IMG/VR virus record: IMGVR_UViG_3300025282_000024
DNA length: 64,000 nucleotides
Source of the DNA: a virus
Reading direction: 5' to 3' (one strand)
Of this stretch, positions 21,062 to 32,283 are shown piece after piece. Within the stretch, counting starts at the first letter, position 1. Every line of letters starts with the position of its first letter. The notes below the pieces were generated by a model, which worked only from the letters and a program-made list of their open reading frames with translations, ran no database searches and was not told the origin of the DNA. Position numbers and translations under genes: made by a program.

Positions 21062-22933
21062 TTACTCTACTCGAAACTTGTATTCTTCAGATTGTTCAAC
21101 ATATTGAGAATTCAAATAATATACGAATTTTATTGCATATACATTGTCTGACTCCAGAAGAGACATATCTAAATCAAAATAACTCCCGCTCTTATCAAAG
21201 GACAGTCTAGTATAGTTGGCGCTTCCTGTGCCATAAGATATTACTTCCAAATCATCGTTAACACGATAAAGTTTATAATAGACATCCTCAACTAAATCAA
21301 TTGGTGCTTTTTTTGAAGACACTGTATAGATGGTTGGACTCCAATCTTTTTTTCTTGTGTACAATCTAAATCTAGCTTTTGTATTTTGATTAGAATATGA
21401 TGGCTTTAAGTTAGTAATATTACTCACAAATTGCTGATTTGGGTTAAATGATTGTCCGGGCCAAACTTGAGTTAAACTTTTCGGCTCAATTGATCCTGTA
21501 TAATATTGAACGCTGGCGCTGTGCCACACATCATAAACAGTAGTTAAAGATGTCGAGCCAGTAAACGCAAAAGAGGCTGAATATATGCCGGTAGAAACAT
21601 AACCTCCCGTGACATTATAATCTCCAGATGTTACGACGCCCCCACCAACGCTTAAAGCTAACGTCGCGCCCGAAGGGGCAGTATTATCCGAAGAGCCGGA
21701 ATATAAACTAACCAATATAGCGCCAGTTCCAACTGCCGGAATGTTCTTTAATTGACCTCGTACATAATTGTAATAATAAATTGTATTTAAATTATCGGCA
21801 GCAGGAGCTAAAGAACTGCTGTAATAAAAGCTCCCTCTATCATCTTTTATAGAAGAATCCCACCGAGCTTCAATAATTGGTCTATAGAAAAAATATTGAG
21901 ACCCTCGTGCAAAAAACTTTTTAGTATAATAGGAAACAGAGTCAGATTCTTCAGTGGAAGACAATTTAACTCCGACACCATAATTTGATTTAGAGCCCAA
22001 TACATTTCCTGCACTATTAATCCATTGCTCAACTAGCGGAGTAATATCTAACTCCAAATCCTCGAAACCAGTATTGAAGGAAGCAGTAAAAGAGGAAGAG
22101 GCGTCTGAATAATAATCACCGCCCTCTGTTGTCCACAAAGTATAATCACTTCCGCCGCCAAGAGTTCCACTTAATCCACTATTGGCAACGCTGTCACTAC
22201 CCGTAACATCAAAAACGGCGGCGGCGCTAGAAGATATAGAATTTAAATTTCCTGCTGCTCCTGCGGCGGATGAAGTAATATAAACAATAGAACTAACAGC
22301 ATTTGCACTAAAGTCTGCGCTAGCTGACGTATTTATTATTGTAACTATATTGGTGGCGCATGCAGCAGTGCTGCCTCCAATGTGAAAAAAGTCGGGCGCC
22401 GGGGTTGCATCATTTATAGAAGTAAACAAATAATTCGCTGTTGCTCCAGTTAAATGGAGTGTGTTAGCGGCTGTATTCGCTCGTACAGTTATAGATGCGC
22501 TAGCGGCAATATCCGTATCTGTTGTGTAAAGCCAGTTTGATGGCTCTTCATTAGAATAATTTTCCATATCTAAGCCATTGCCCTCTTGCCAAGATTGAGA
22601 AATCGCTGATACAACTAGATTAAAATCCTTTGGCGTTGTTTGGGAATGTCTTGCGTTGAACATTCTTAAATAAAAGGAAACGCTTCCGGAGGCCGGGATA
22701 TTTCCTTGAGTGCGATCATATGAAATATAATTCGCGGCAGTCCCAGTGACCGGAAATTTAATTAAAATTCTAGCATATTCAGTTGATGAAGCTGATTCCT
22801 GTGCATATATGGAAAATGATTCTACTATGTCTGATTGGCCCATATTGCCACTGACGCCGCGTTCGGTTAAATTAGCTTTATAAGCATTAGTAATTGTATT
22901 GTCTGCGTCTGCAGTGTATCTTTTAATAGCCAT
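21062..22933 (-). CDS. Virion structural protein with an interrupted DNRLRE/CBM96-like domain
   Basis: 623 aa. RILIKF..SWQEG..W..EGGDY..DITPLVEQW..NYGVGVK..RPIIEARW pattern. TAATG-coupled to the gp6-like gene. Confidence 0.55.
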   Translation of the reverse strand: MAIKRYTADADNTITNAYKANLTERGVSGNMGQSDIVESFSIYAQESASSTEYARILIKFPVTGTAANYISYDRTQGNIPASGSVSFYLRMFNARHSQTTPKDFNLVVSAISQSWQEGNGLDMENYSNEEPSNWLYTTDTDIAASASITVRANTAANTLHLTGATANYLFTSINDATPAPDFFHIGGSTAACATNIVTIINTSASADFSANAVSSIVYITSSAAGAAGNLNSISSSAAAVFDVTGSDSVANSGLSGTLGGGSDYTLWTTEGGDYYSDASSSFTASFNTGFEDLELDITPLVEQWINSAGNVLGSKSNYGVGVKLSSTEESDSVSYYTKKFFARGSQYFFYRPIIEARWDSSIKDDRGSFYYSSSLAPAADNLNTIYYYNYVRGQLKNIPAVGTGAILVSLYSGSSDNTAPSGATLALSVGGGVVTSGDYNVTGGYVSTGIYSASFAFTGSTSLTTVYDVWHSASVQYYTGSIEPKSLTQVWPGQSFNPNQQFVSNITNLKPSYSNQNTKARFRLYTRKKDWSPTIYTVSSKKAPIDLVEDVYYKLYRVNDDLEVISYGTGSANYTRLSFDKSGSYFDLDMSLLESDNVYAIKFVYYLNSQYVEQSEEYKFRVE

Positions 22934-24729
22934 TACTCTACGGTGCCTCCAATATCTAAATCTGGATATTTTATTTCAAAAATAGTATCCGTTGGTGGAA
23001 ATAAAAATCTACCATCAGGAGAAAGAGCCTCTTCTATAGATATTGGAGCATCAGCATAACCATCGCCAACCTTTACTTTTAATTTAACATCCACAACATC
23101 CATAAGGTCTGGAATGGATTTTAATATTTGATATATATCTGTAATTATTATGGGCTCTCCAATATAAAACGTCTTAGTGAAGGCATTTCTTAACGTATCG
23201 TTGGCCTCAACTAAAAGATCATATTTGTTTGTGCCAGGAAATGGTACGATTTTAAACTCTATTCCAATATTGCATATCTTTGCATCTAAAATGTCGATTG
23301 TATCATTGACCATCTTATATTGATTTATCCATGTTTTTAAGTTATTTTTAAGTGTGGTATTAGCAACCACCAAATCTCCATCGGAATTTTCGGCAAGTAC
23401 ATAATAATTTATATTACGCTGGTTATATGAGTCAGTATCTAATTCCAAAGCTGCCCTTTTAATTTTTCCAAATTTTGATGGCATGTTATAGCCCAATGCT
23501 ATATAATCTTGTTTGGTCACTGCCCTGTTTTGAGAAGCAAAGTTGGCCATGGCCCTTTCTTTTATTTCTTCAATGCTTATAAGGCCAACGTCGCCAGTAA
23601 CAGGCGCTTCATTTAAAACGGCCAAACTATTTTGTACTCCAGATATTGTAGCTTCGTTTAATAAGCCTTCTTGTTCGGCCAAGAATGAAAAATCTGCAGT
23701 GCCGATTCTTGTTATTGTTTGTGCGGCTGCATTAACATTTTCATTTGTGTTAATTCTATAAATAATAGTTAATGTAGTGCTGGATGGTGACACTCCTAAT
23801 TTATCAGTTTTGTTTAAGATAGAAGGGTCAAAAGAGGTATCTGTAACATAATCTTTTGCATGCAATTGTAATATAACCTCAGACGGATCTTTGACTTCAA
23901 CAGGAGTTTCTTCACTTCCTTGACCAAATTGTAAAAATAGGCCATCAGGGGTAGAATCAACCCTAAATCTCCTAGAAACAGAAACAGGCTTTAATATATA
24001 TGGAACGGTATTATTGTCAGGATTTCTATTTATTACAGGGACATGAAGAACGTCCTGGCTCAAATAATCAACTTCAAAATACTGATTTCCATTATCATCA
24101 AACACTGAGATTATTTCACTTATATTTTCACCAACCATGGAAACCCTTTGAAATGGAGTATATTCTCCAACGTATACTTCTTGTACTGCTAATTCACCAG
24201 AAATTATTTGACCCGCTGTCCTGACTGCATAGGAAGTTGGATTTCCTGTGGTGGCATCCTGATTTGCAACTACAATTGGATTATCAGAAAGCGCAAAATT
24301 TACATCCTCTAACAAAGAAAAAATTGTATCGTTTGTTGATATAAAAGTCGATCCCTTGCGTAAAATGGGCATATATTTTTCATCAGGTGCCTGAGAGGAG
24401 GCTTCAGCCGGAACGGTAATATAAAAATTGCACACGCCAAACGAAGACGGATATGGCTTATATTTATAGCCCATTTGTCGACTTAGCTTGAGTACATTAT
24501 CAAATTCAATGGCAGTGTCTAAAAAAGATTCGTTGGCTTGGTAATCCGTGTAAAACGAAAGCATATCCCCAACATAAGCAACGGTATCCAACATTATAGA
24601 ACCAAAAGATGCTTCAGTGAAATCTCTATAATTATCTGGGTAATATCTCTTGACATATGATTCTAATTCACTTCTAATTGAAGTAAAATCGCGATTAGTA
24701 TAATTTATTGCTGGTTTTTTCGTTGCCAT
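22933..24729 (-). CDS. Baseplate wedge subunit (T4 gp6-like / baseplate J family)
   Basis: NYTNRDFTSIRSEL..DFTEAS.GSIMLD..AYVGDMLSFYTDYQANESFLDTA, LQFGQG and QNRAVTKQDY motifs; follows the gp25-like gene. Confidence 0.92.
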   Translation of the reverse strand: MATKKPAINYTNRDFTSIRSELESYVKRYYPDNYRDFTEASFGSIMLDTVAYVGDMLSFYTDYQANESFLDTAIEFDNVLKLSRQMGYKYKPYPSSFGVCNFYITVPAEASSQAPDEKYMPILRKGSTFISTNDTIFSLLEDVNFALSDNPIVVANQDATTGNPTSYAVRTAGQIISGELAVQEVYVGEYTPFQRVSMVGENISEIISVFDDNGNQYFEVDYLSQDVLHVPVINRNPDNNTVPYILKPVSVSRRFRVDSTPDGLFLQFGQGSEETPVEVKDPSEVILQLHAKDYVTDTSFDPSILNKTDKLGVSPSSTTLTIIYRINTNENVNAAAQTITRIGTADFSFLAEQEGLLNEATISGVQNSLAVLNEAPVTGDVGLISIEEIKERAMANFASQNRAVTKQDYIALGYNMPSKFGKIKRAALELDTDSYNQRNINYYVLAENSDGDLVVANTTLKNNLKTWINQYKMVNDTIDILDAKICNIGIEFKIVPFPGTNKYDLLVEANDTLRNAFTKTFYIGEPIIITDIYQILKSIPDLMDVVDVKLKVKVGDGYADAPISIEEALSPDGRFLFPPTDTIFEIKYPDLDIGGTVE

Positions 24730-24749
24730 ATTTTTAAAAAATCCTTTTC

Positions 24750-24757
24750 ATAATTAG
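24750..24757 (-). promoter_or_regulatory. Putative late promoter motif CTAATTAT
   Basis: Recurrent motif directly upstream of the SD (AAAAGGA) of the gp6-like gene. Confidence 0.45.
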
Positions 24758-24761
24758 ATAT

Positions 24762-25157
24762 TTAAGCTGTAAAAGTAATAGCTAATGTGTCGTCTAGGCC
24801 CACACTGGGAATTGTATAGTGAATTTGTAATCCTAGAGAGTTTGTAGGCTCGTTTTCGCCCGGGCTATCCTGAAGGTCTATCACATTAATATCTGTAACT
24901 CGAACAAAGGGAACATATTTTTTTACCTGCTCCATAATTTTGCCCCTAAGTGATGTATGAGTAACCATTTTAGTATCAAATAAATAATTACGAACCCCAA
25001 CTCCAAAATTAGGATCCATCATTCTTTCACCTGGGCACGTTAAAACAACCATCTTAATGTTCTGCTTCATAACGGCGCCTATAGTTTTATTTAATTTGTA
25101 ATACCCATCAACAGGATCGTGTTGCAGTGGTAATTTTGGAGAATAACCGATTCCCAT
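24762..25157 (-). CDS. Baseplate wedge protein, gp25/GPW family (sheath initiator)
   Basis: 131 aa; KQNIKMVVLTCPGERMMDPNFGVGVRNYLF is the gp25 signature. Confidence 0.93.
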   Translation of the reverse strand: MGIGYSPKLPLQHDPVDGYYKLNKTIGAVMKQNIKMVVLTCPGERMMDPNFGVGVRNYLFDTKMVTHTSLRGKIMEQVKKYVPFVRVTDINVIDLQDSPGENEPTNSLGLQIHYTIPSVGLDDTLAITFTA

Positions 25158-25175
25158 TTATTTAATCTCCTCTAG

Positions 25176-25183
25176 ATAAGTAG
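25176..25183 (-). promoter_or_regulatory. Putative late promoter motif CTACTTAT
   Basis: Recurrent motif just upstream of SD GAGGAG of the gp25-like gene. Confidence 0.55.
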
Positions 25184-25227
25184 AATTTAAACATGTTTTC
25201 ATTATAAAATAATTATACATTTCAACA

Positions 25228-28200
25228 TCATCCACTGTCTGTTTGGGGGGTGCCATCTTCACATTCTTCTTCTTCTTCTGTAAGTTTGTCTTTATCTTTG
25301 TCTGGAATCTGCGAAATCATTTTTGCTATTATTCCAACAGGAGTTAGTGGTCCAGGGAAAAACCATGGTGTTTTCCAGGTCGGGTCAACAGTGTTCGCTG
25401 CCATTTGAACAACTAACTCAAAAAATTGTGCAGCCACATCTTGAGACGATGGCGCTGACATGGCTAACTTTTCTTCCTGGGGGACATCTTCAACTGCGTC
25501 GTTAACATATGAATAATCACCCTCTAATATTTTAATAGATTGAGTTATGAAAGAGTTAATTAATAGCTTCGTAGGAAAAAATAGATTTTGCAACTCAGGA
25601 TAAGCACTAATCATAGCATAACGGTATAAAAGTGCTGTAGAAAACACAGTTTGTCTAATGGGCAACACCTCCTCAAGGAGTTTAGACCCTTTTGTCTTTT
25701 CCATTATTTTGTTTTGCAACGTATGCACAATTTCTTCCCGCAAAGGGTTGGGGCTTGATTCGGCATCATCAGTTGTGCGGTTATGGGGGGCTAATGAGGT
25801 ATTAAGAAGTTTGCACGCCGCCCAAAGAGTGGGCCGCACAGGATTATTATTAGATGCTGTATTGACATAATACGTACTTGGCTCTTTATTTTCCTGCATG
25901 TAGGCCACATTTATCTTAATTGGGCAAAATAGATTATTATATAAATTTGCTTTATTGTTAATCGATGGGCCGCGGGAGAAATTATATTCAAGGGCACCTT
26001 GCTCCAACCCAAGATCAGAAATTTTGCCCATAATTAAACTCCATGGATTTTCTTTTAATGGTGGAGTAGGCGAATCGATAAAAGCAGAAGAAACAGAGTC
26101 AGACCCAAACGTCGTCGGAGATCCCGCGGGGTGTAAATTTTTATGTACATCCTCCCAATATTTTCTCAGATCATATTCTGTAGCTTCTAGTGGTAAACAC
26201 AACCAGCGGCGTACTTGGTTGGCTGGATCTGACAATAAGAACGTTTTATCTAAAATATAATCTCTATCAATTTTTATATCCGGTAAATAAGGCTCCACAT
26301 CTCTCAATTCGGATATAAGATTTTCTATATAATCTGAATCGATATCTTGTCCTTGATATGGTACCACCAAATTCAGCCTCATACCCAGGGAAATATCAAA
26401 CCAGTGATCAAAAGGCGCCTCAACAACAACTCTTTTTAACCACTCATAAATCCCACATAAATAATCAATGTTTAAATTCACAAAGCTGTCACCAAAGACG
26501 GTATCGGGAGCAAGACTTTCAACGGTGATACCATCAGGAAGTGCAGAAAAATCATCAAAACCATGACGATCCATAAACTGGGCAATTGCCAATAGATAAT
26601 TTTTATTAAAAGAGTTCGAAATATTCTTCGTAGCGACGGCGCCGACGTCGGCGTCATTAACACCGATATTTGTCTCTTTGGCACCAGAAAAAATATCAAT
26701 AATTGAACCATTCCATTTTGAAAAACTAGCATCAGCTATCTCAGAAAAATTGTAATACCCCATTGAGTCAAAATTTATAACCCCCCTATTGCGAAAATTA
26801 CTTCTGGCCTCTGGGATGACCCCATTGGGGTAGTGCTGCCAATAATAAAAAGCATTATAAAACGCAGCTGGGCCGGCACCGCCGGTAATACCCTCCTGGA
26901 ATGCCTGTGTTATTGTATCCAATGAACTTACAGTGCTTTGAAATATTAATTTATAAATGGAACTAGTATCGGAGGGCTTATTAAGGTCAGAAGCCCAACT
27001 CCACAGCGCGCCATCCTTGTCTACTGGTGAAAAGAAAGTTAAAAAGAAATCCCAAAAAGTAGAAAGTTTTCCGCCCTTTACCGCTATAGGAGCATCGAAA
27101 ATGAGTAAACCATGGGCCTCATATTCTTCTTCCACTTTTCCTATGACCTTCCTTATAAAATTATGTATTTTCCTAACAACTTCTTCATAGTTAGGCACCT
27201 GTACTCCAGGTTGACCATATGATTGAGCGCCTGTTGGGCTATGGCCCGGAAGTGGAAAAATGTTTTTGTATAGTGGGTTGCCGCCGTCGCGTGTGAAAAA
27301 AGTGTTAATAATTGGCTCACCAGTTTCTACTGACTGATTGTGGGGGACGTCTTGTAGGGTGATGCCGGGAGCTGCTCCATACGTCATCCCATATGCATTA
27401 ACATCATCATAAGCTCTAAAAATAGCGCTTTCCCAAAGCGCAAAAGCTTCTTTAAACTTTCCCCAAAAACTATAAAAATATGGTTCTGCATCCTCCAAAG
27501 ACGAGGGTTCGTTATAGGTTGTAGCTAATTTAGACTTCATTCTTACATAGGGTTCAAAGAAGAGGCCCCCTTCGAGATCAGAAGGGAAAGGCTTTTGTCC
27601 ATCAATCTGCCAACCCTCGTTTTTATCAATTAACTCGAAGAAGGGCATCTTATTTTTTTCTAAACTATTTGGATCTCCAAGTGTTTTTGGGCGCGATGGA
27701 TACATTGCCTTATTCATTATTTCATTATGTATAGCATACTTGAAAAAATCATTTTTAAAATATTCTCCCTCCCCCAGCGTGATAAACTCATCTTTCCAGT
27801 TGGGGTTAGTGTGATAGCGTATACGACTATCCATTAAAGAATCAACTTCTAGAGCCTCTTCCATAATAAGAATATCTAAGCTTTCTTCTGGAGTTTTTAC
27901 TTTTAGTTCTTCGGCTTTTGCTACATCGTCGAGGGGGGCGCCATTTTCGTCTACCATGGCGTCTACATCTAATGTTAATCTACGTGCATTTACTATTTTT
28001 TCAGAATATTCTAAAAGAGGGCCATATCCTGTCGATAAAACACTCTCAACTGAAGATTTAACATTTTTCTTTACAATGCCCATATATGCTTCATCTTCGA
28101 TGATGTCAGATATATTCGCAAATGAAAACATAAAAATATTTTTAAGAAACTCTTCTACAATACAAACTTTTATTAGCATTTTATATAATCCAAACAAATT

Positions 28201-31200
28201 TGCAATCTGAAGTGCGTCTGGTGTGGCAAACATACTAACTACGCATTCTAGGCTTTTTCTAATATCATCTACGTCTAATTTATTTTTATCAGGATTTAAT
28301 AAGGGTGTCGCGTCTGTGTCAATACATTTAGATTCAGTTTCTTGATTAGTTAGCGGAAGCGAATTAAAGTTCTTAGCTTCAAATAATTTATTTTTAGATG
28401 TATTATTCCAAACAGTCTCAAGAATTAAATTTGAAGCAATCGGAAAAATGCCTTTAAATATGGAGGCTGGATTATCTCCAGTGACGGCCGTCATGAACAT
28501 CATTTCTGGAAGAACTTTGCCAGTTGGTATAGACGGGCTTTTAAACCAATACTTAAAAAGCCCGTTCTCAAAATCATTCATATCAAAAATTTCACCTTCT
28601 TCTTCATCTTTCTTAGATTTTTCAGGAGGTGGATATTCATAATCTTTAATATCCCCATTAAAACAAAGTACTTTAATTTGTGGGGATTCGATAGATGTTC
28701 CTTTAAAACCCATCGGATTGCCAGAAAAATTAAAAACCATATATATGATATACGGCGTATTAGGAATATCATATTCAAATATTGCTATTTTATTCTCTGG
28801 TTCATATTTTATTAATTGATTCATGCCGCCGTTATCAGAAGTTGTAATTTCAGCAATCATATTCCGGAATTTCTTGGCAACAAGCTTCTTTCCTTCAGAA
28901 TCGGTGTCCGATTCATAAGCGTCCACAGACGCTGCCAGCATAGTATTGACAGCGCTCTTATACGCAGCCGAAGGATCCTCTGGATCGACTTCCACATTGG
29001 ACAGCTGATTAATCAAAATATTAACTGCATCGCCGCTCATAACTTCTTTTATTAATGGTTTATAGGCGGAGAGGTTATTATTAAAAACGTCATCAATGGT
29101 TTTGTATGTACGATTATTCAGCCTTTCCTGCATAAAAAGCTGTGTTGGATCAGATTGATTAGGCATCATCGGCTTCATTCCAACTTGATTTGGAGAACAA
29201 GGGCCGCAAAAAAGTGGAGGATATAGATCTTCCATCATCTGCTTATCCATTAACGGTAAAATTGCCGACAAATCATCTAAAACTTGTTGTTGATCTCCTT
29301 CAACTAAGGCTATAATATCGTCTGGCGCGATGGACTCACCAAGATTCTCCACATTAATGGGGTCGCAAAGACTTGAAAAAGCACTTTGTAGGGCGTCATA
29401 TTCATCAATAACTGCGTCATATGTATCCGGATCAATTAACTTTCCCAAATCAAACAAAAAAGCATGTGCTTGAGTTGGAGAAATAAATCCGATTGGGAAA
29501 GGCAATTCGACAATTGCGCCCGAGTCAGGATCCTCTTTTTTATATGTCTGGTTCTCTTTGGTAGGATCATATCCAGTTTGTGCAACAATTGCGGCTAGAG
29601 ATAGGCCTGGAAATTGTTGTAATATAGTCATACTCACTTCGTCGCCCATTAATATTAGTGCCGGCTCTTCATAATTTCCATCAAAAGAGCTGTCATTGCA
29701 TTCAGTTGTAAATAATCTTTTTAATTCGCGGGGCGAAAATGCATCTCCTAGCTTTTCAAACCCATCTACCAAAGTTTGAATGTCCTGGTTGAAAAAATGT
29801 TTTTCTTTAAGATCTTTAAACTTGTCCCAAAGTTCTTGTTCTCCCTTGTCTTTATATACTTGAGAGTCCATTATCCAATCTTTGGGGCTCGCAAAACCAA
29901 AGGGGCTATCGGTGCCATTACATAAATCTTTAGTTAAATTCCCACTAAACTCATCCTTAACATATTTTAAAACAACCATTGTGGTAGCAAAAACGAGATT
30001 CATTCCCATATCTTTAAGACCATTTGCAAACGCGTCTTTGAAGCCTTTCATTTTATCCTCGGACTTCAGATACTTTTTAATAGGATTAATCATTCTGTCT
30101 AAAGCTAAAGTTCCATCCTGATCCGAATCATATAACTTATCTTTTGCTGCGGTTGTCATCCCATCTATCATTTCATCAGAGATATCTTGGAATTCATCGA
30201 GTAAACGAGTGACTGGCCCGTATAAAGTTAATACACAATCACATATGGCATCGCTAGCTTGATCATCAGCCCATTTTGCTAATTCTTCATTAAAGTCATC
30301 TGGGGCTCTTCCAAACTTCTTTTGCATATATGGGTCAGAACAATAAGCAGAAGTTAATTTAGACACAACCTGAATCTCTGTCCATGGAGTCGCTGGGTCG
30401 GGTGGAAATTTCTTGGGGTATCTAGCGGATGCAATTTTGTAAAGCTCGCCAACTCGGCCTGTAATCTTTCCTTCCAATTTTGCAATTGCCATTTCGCCTG
30501 GTGCACCCAGATTTCTTAAACATGGATAGAGTTGTTGTCGAATTTCTGCTATTGGCACCTTCTTCAATATCGTTTGGCATAAATGTCTTTTCATGTCGCT
30601 GTTTTTGACACATTTAAACAGAAGCGTTGCAGCTATTTTTATTAATTCAGATATTGGAATTCTGTTTAGCAACTTATCAAAAAGAGCCGTCATGGACTTT
30701 ACCTCTCCACTGAGGGCTTTCAATAAATTATCGTCGCCAGCATACATGTTAGTAACATTTGATGCCCCAACAACCATATTTTTAACGTCCGGACTCATTA
30801 GTTGGAGGGGATCTTTTATATATTTCCCAGTAAACAGAAGGTCTTTAAATATCGGATTTTTTAACTGGAGTATATCCAAAGGCGTGCCTGGCATGGATCC
30901 ACCCTGGCCAGAATAATGTACTTCTGGGGGAGGGTAAATATATGTATGGACAAAATCTAACCATGATTGTTCCATGGAAAATAAATCAGTACTATAATTG
31001 CCCCCATCTTTTAAATATCGCGCATACCTTCTATTAATTTCTGGCAATAAATGTATAAAATTATTAATTCCCGGGAGGGCAAATGGACCATTTCCTTTTA
31101 TGGCATTAAGGCCTTCTTTAAGAATATAGGGGGTTAAATCCGCGCCCTCTTCACACAAACAATCTGCAACTTCACTAAAAGAAACATATTGTAAAATATA

Positions 31201-32259
31201 ATCTTTTGTAAAACCAAACTGCAATGCTGACAGTGGGGTAGTATCTTTTAACTCTTCTAAGCTAGGGTGGCCATTGGTTCGCATTAGGCCATCAAGTATC
31301 TGATAAATTTGACTTATGGAGCCGGCTGCACATTTAGCATCAAAGTTGACTTCCACCCCTTCTCTAGCAAAAGCAATATTCATCTGTGCGTCAAAGTGTA
31401 GTAAAATATTTTCTAAATTTTCTAAATTTTGCTTAAGATCTTTAACTAAAATTAATACTTCCCTATTGGTGACACTATAATCTATATTAGGAGCATTCTG
31501 AGATAATGAATCTACCCACCCTCGATCAAACATAACTTTAATCCATAAAGTCTGATATTCTGGAAGCCTAGGCACAATGTGCCAAGATTGTGTTGTTGAC
31601 ACCTCTTTTGGCTTGCCCGTAACTGGATCATTTGATCTTTTAACTTTTCTATTTTGTGGTATAAAACCAAAGTCTTTTGACCAATTTTTAATTTGGTCTT
31701 TGCGGATTGTCTTGTCTAAATCCTTTTCTAATTTTTTTAGTGCCCAAAATTTACAATTATTAACAAATTCCTCATTGCCAAGAAGGCCGACGCCGGGGGC
31801 TCCTTTTTTAGAAGCGGGATATCCAATATTATATTTATTGAGCCCATCTTTATAATTAACCAAATTTGGATTTTTGGTCATGTTCTCAAAAACCAATGGA
31901 ACTATATAATATTTGCCATCAGCTGATAAATGTGCTTTTTCTCTCTGCCACCAGAGTTGCTTATTCCCAATATTTTTCTTTTCATAATCTCTATTTTTTT
32001 CGTTCCCAAAAGTTACAGACGGTCCAATGCCATAAGATTTCTTTATCACGCTTATTTTATATGCCCAACTAAAATTTTCTTCCGGAGGGAACAAATTAGC
32101 ATCATTCATTTTCTTTTTGATGATACCCATGAATCCCTCAAGAGTCGGAGAATATTTGCCGCTTACTGCAGTCAAAACGACAACGCCTTTTTCTGGTTCC
32201 TCTTTTAATCTGTTATATAATTTTTCAATTATTATATCTAAAGCTGTTTTGTTAGCCAC
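25228..32259 (-). CDS. Very large hypothetical protein, probably virion/baseplate-associated
   Basis: 2343-aa ORF, GTG start with SD AGAGG, between spike and gp25. Helical, Cys-containing central region. No family recognised. Confidence 0.6.
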   Translation of the reverse strand: MANKTALDIIIEKLYNRLKEEPEKGVVVLTAVSGKYSPTLEGFMGIIKKKMNDANLFPPEENFSWAYKISVIKKSYGIGPSVTFGNEKNRDYEKKNIGNKQLWWQREKAHLSADGKYYIVPLVFENMTKNPNLVNYKDGLNKYNIGYPASKKGAPGVGLLGNEEFVNNCKFWALKKLEKDLDKTIRKDQIKNWSKDFGFIPQNRKVKRSNDPVTGKPKEVSTTQSWHIVPRLPEYQTLWIKVMFDRGWVDSLSQNAPNIDYSVTNREVLILVKDLKQNLENLENILLHFDAQMNIAFAREGVEVNFDAKCAAGSISQIYQILDGLMRTNGHPSLEELKDTTPLSALQFGFTKDYILQYVSFSEVADCLCEEGADLTPYILKEGLNAIKGNGPFALPGINNFIHLLPEINRRYARYLKDGGNYSTDLFSMEQSWLDFVHTYIYPPPEVHYSGQGGSMPGTPLDILQLKNPIFKDLLFTGKYIKDPLQLMSPDVKNMVVGASNVTNMYAGDDNLLKALSGEVKSMTALFDKLLNRIPISELIKIAATLLFKCVKNSDMKRHLCQTILKKVPIAEIRQQLYPCLRNLGAPGEMAIAKLEGKITGRVGELYKIASARYPKKFPPDPATPWTEIQVVSKLTSAYCSDPYMQKKFGRAPDDFNEELAKWADDQASDAICDCVLTLYGPVTRLLDEFQDISDEMIDGMTTAAKDKLYDSDQDGTLALDRMINPIKKYLKSEDKMKGFKDAFANGLKDMGMNLVFATTMVVLKYVKDEFSGNLTKDLCNGTDSPFGFASPKDWIMDSQVYKDKGEQELWDKFKDLKEKHFFNQDIQTLVDGFEKLGDAFSPRELKRLFTTECNDSSFDGNYEEPALILMGDEVSMTILQQFPGLSLAAIVAQTGYDPTKENQTYKKEDPDSGAIVELPFPIGFISPTQAHAFLFDLGKLIDPDTYDAVIDEYDALQSAFSSLCDPINVENLGESIAPDDIIALVEGDQQQVLDDLSAILPLMDKQMMEDLYPPLFCGPCSPNQVGMKPMMPNQSDPTQLFMQERLNNRTYKTIDDVFNNNLSAYKPLIKEVMSGDAVNILINQLSNVEVDPEDPSAAYKSAVNTMLAASVDAYESDTDSEGKKLVAKKFRNMIAEITTSDNGGMNQLIKYEPENKIAIFEYDIPNTPYIIYMVFNFSGNPMGFKGTSIESPQIKVLCFNGDIKDYEYPPPEKSKKDEEEGEIFDMNDFENGLFKYWFKSPSIPTGKVLPEMMFMTAVTGDNPASIFKGIFPIASNLILETVWNNTSKNKLFEAKNFNSLPLTNQETESKCIDTDATPLLNPDKNKLDVDDIRKSLECVVSMFATPDALQIANLFGLYKMLIKVCIVEEFLKNIFMFSFANISDIIEDEAYMGIVKKNVKSSVESVLSTGYGPLLEYSEKIVNARRLTLDVDAMVDENGAPLDDVAKAEELKVKTPEESLDILIMEEALEVDSLMDSRIRYHTNPNWKDEFITLGEGEYFKNDFFKYAIHNEIMNKAMYPSRPKTLGDPNSLEKNKMPFFELIDKNEGWQIDGQKPFPSDLEGGLFFEPYVRMKSKLATTYNEPSSLEDAEPYFYSFWGKFKEAFALWESAIFRAYDDVNAYGMTYGAAPGITLQDVPHNQSVETGEPIINTFFTRDGGNPLYKNIFPLPGHSPTGAQSYGQPGVQVPNYEEVVRKIHNFIRKVIGKVEEEYEAHGLLIFDAPIAVKGGKLSTFWDFFLTFFSPVDKDGALWSWASDLNKPSDTSSIYKLIFQSTVSSLDTITQAFQEGITGGAGPAAFYNAFYYWQHYPNGVIPEARSNFRNRGVINFDSMGYYNFSEIADASFSKWNGSIIDIFSGAKETNIGVNDADVGAVATKNISNSFNKNYLLAIAQFMDRHGFDDFSALPDGITVESLAPDTVFGDSFVNLNIDYLCGIYEWLKRVVVEAPFDHWFDISLGMRLNLVVPYQGQDIDSDYIENLISELRDVEPYLPDIKIDRDYILDKTFLLSDPANQVRRWLCLPLEATEYDLRKYWEDVHKNLHPAGSPTTFGSDSVSSAFIDSPTPPLKENPWSLIMGKISDLGLEQGALEYNFSRGPSINNKANLYNNLFCPIKINVAYMQENKEPSTYYVNTASNNNPVRPTLWAACKLLNTSLAPHNRTTDDAESSPNPLREEIVHTLQNKIMEKTKGSKLLEEVLPIRQTVFSTALLYRYAMISAYPELQNLFFPTKLLINSFITQSIKILEGDYSYVNDAVEDVPQEEKLAMSAPSSQDVAAQFFELVVQMAANTVDPTWKTPWFFPGPLTPVGIIAKMISQIPDKDKDKLTEEEEECEDGTPQTDSG

Positions 32260-32283
32260 TTTCTGACCTCTTTTTTTGTAAAC

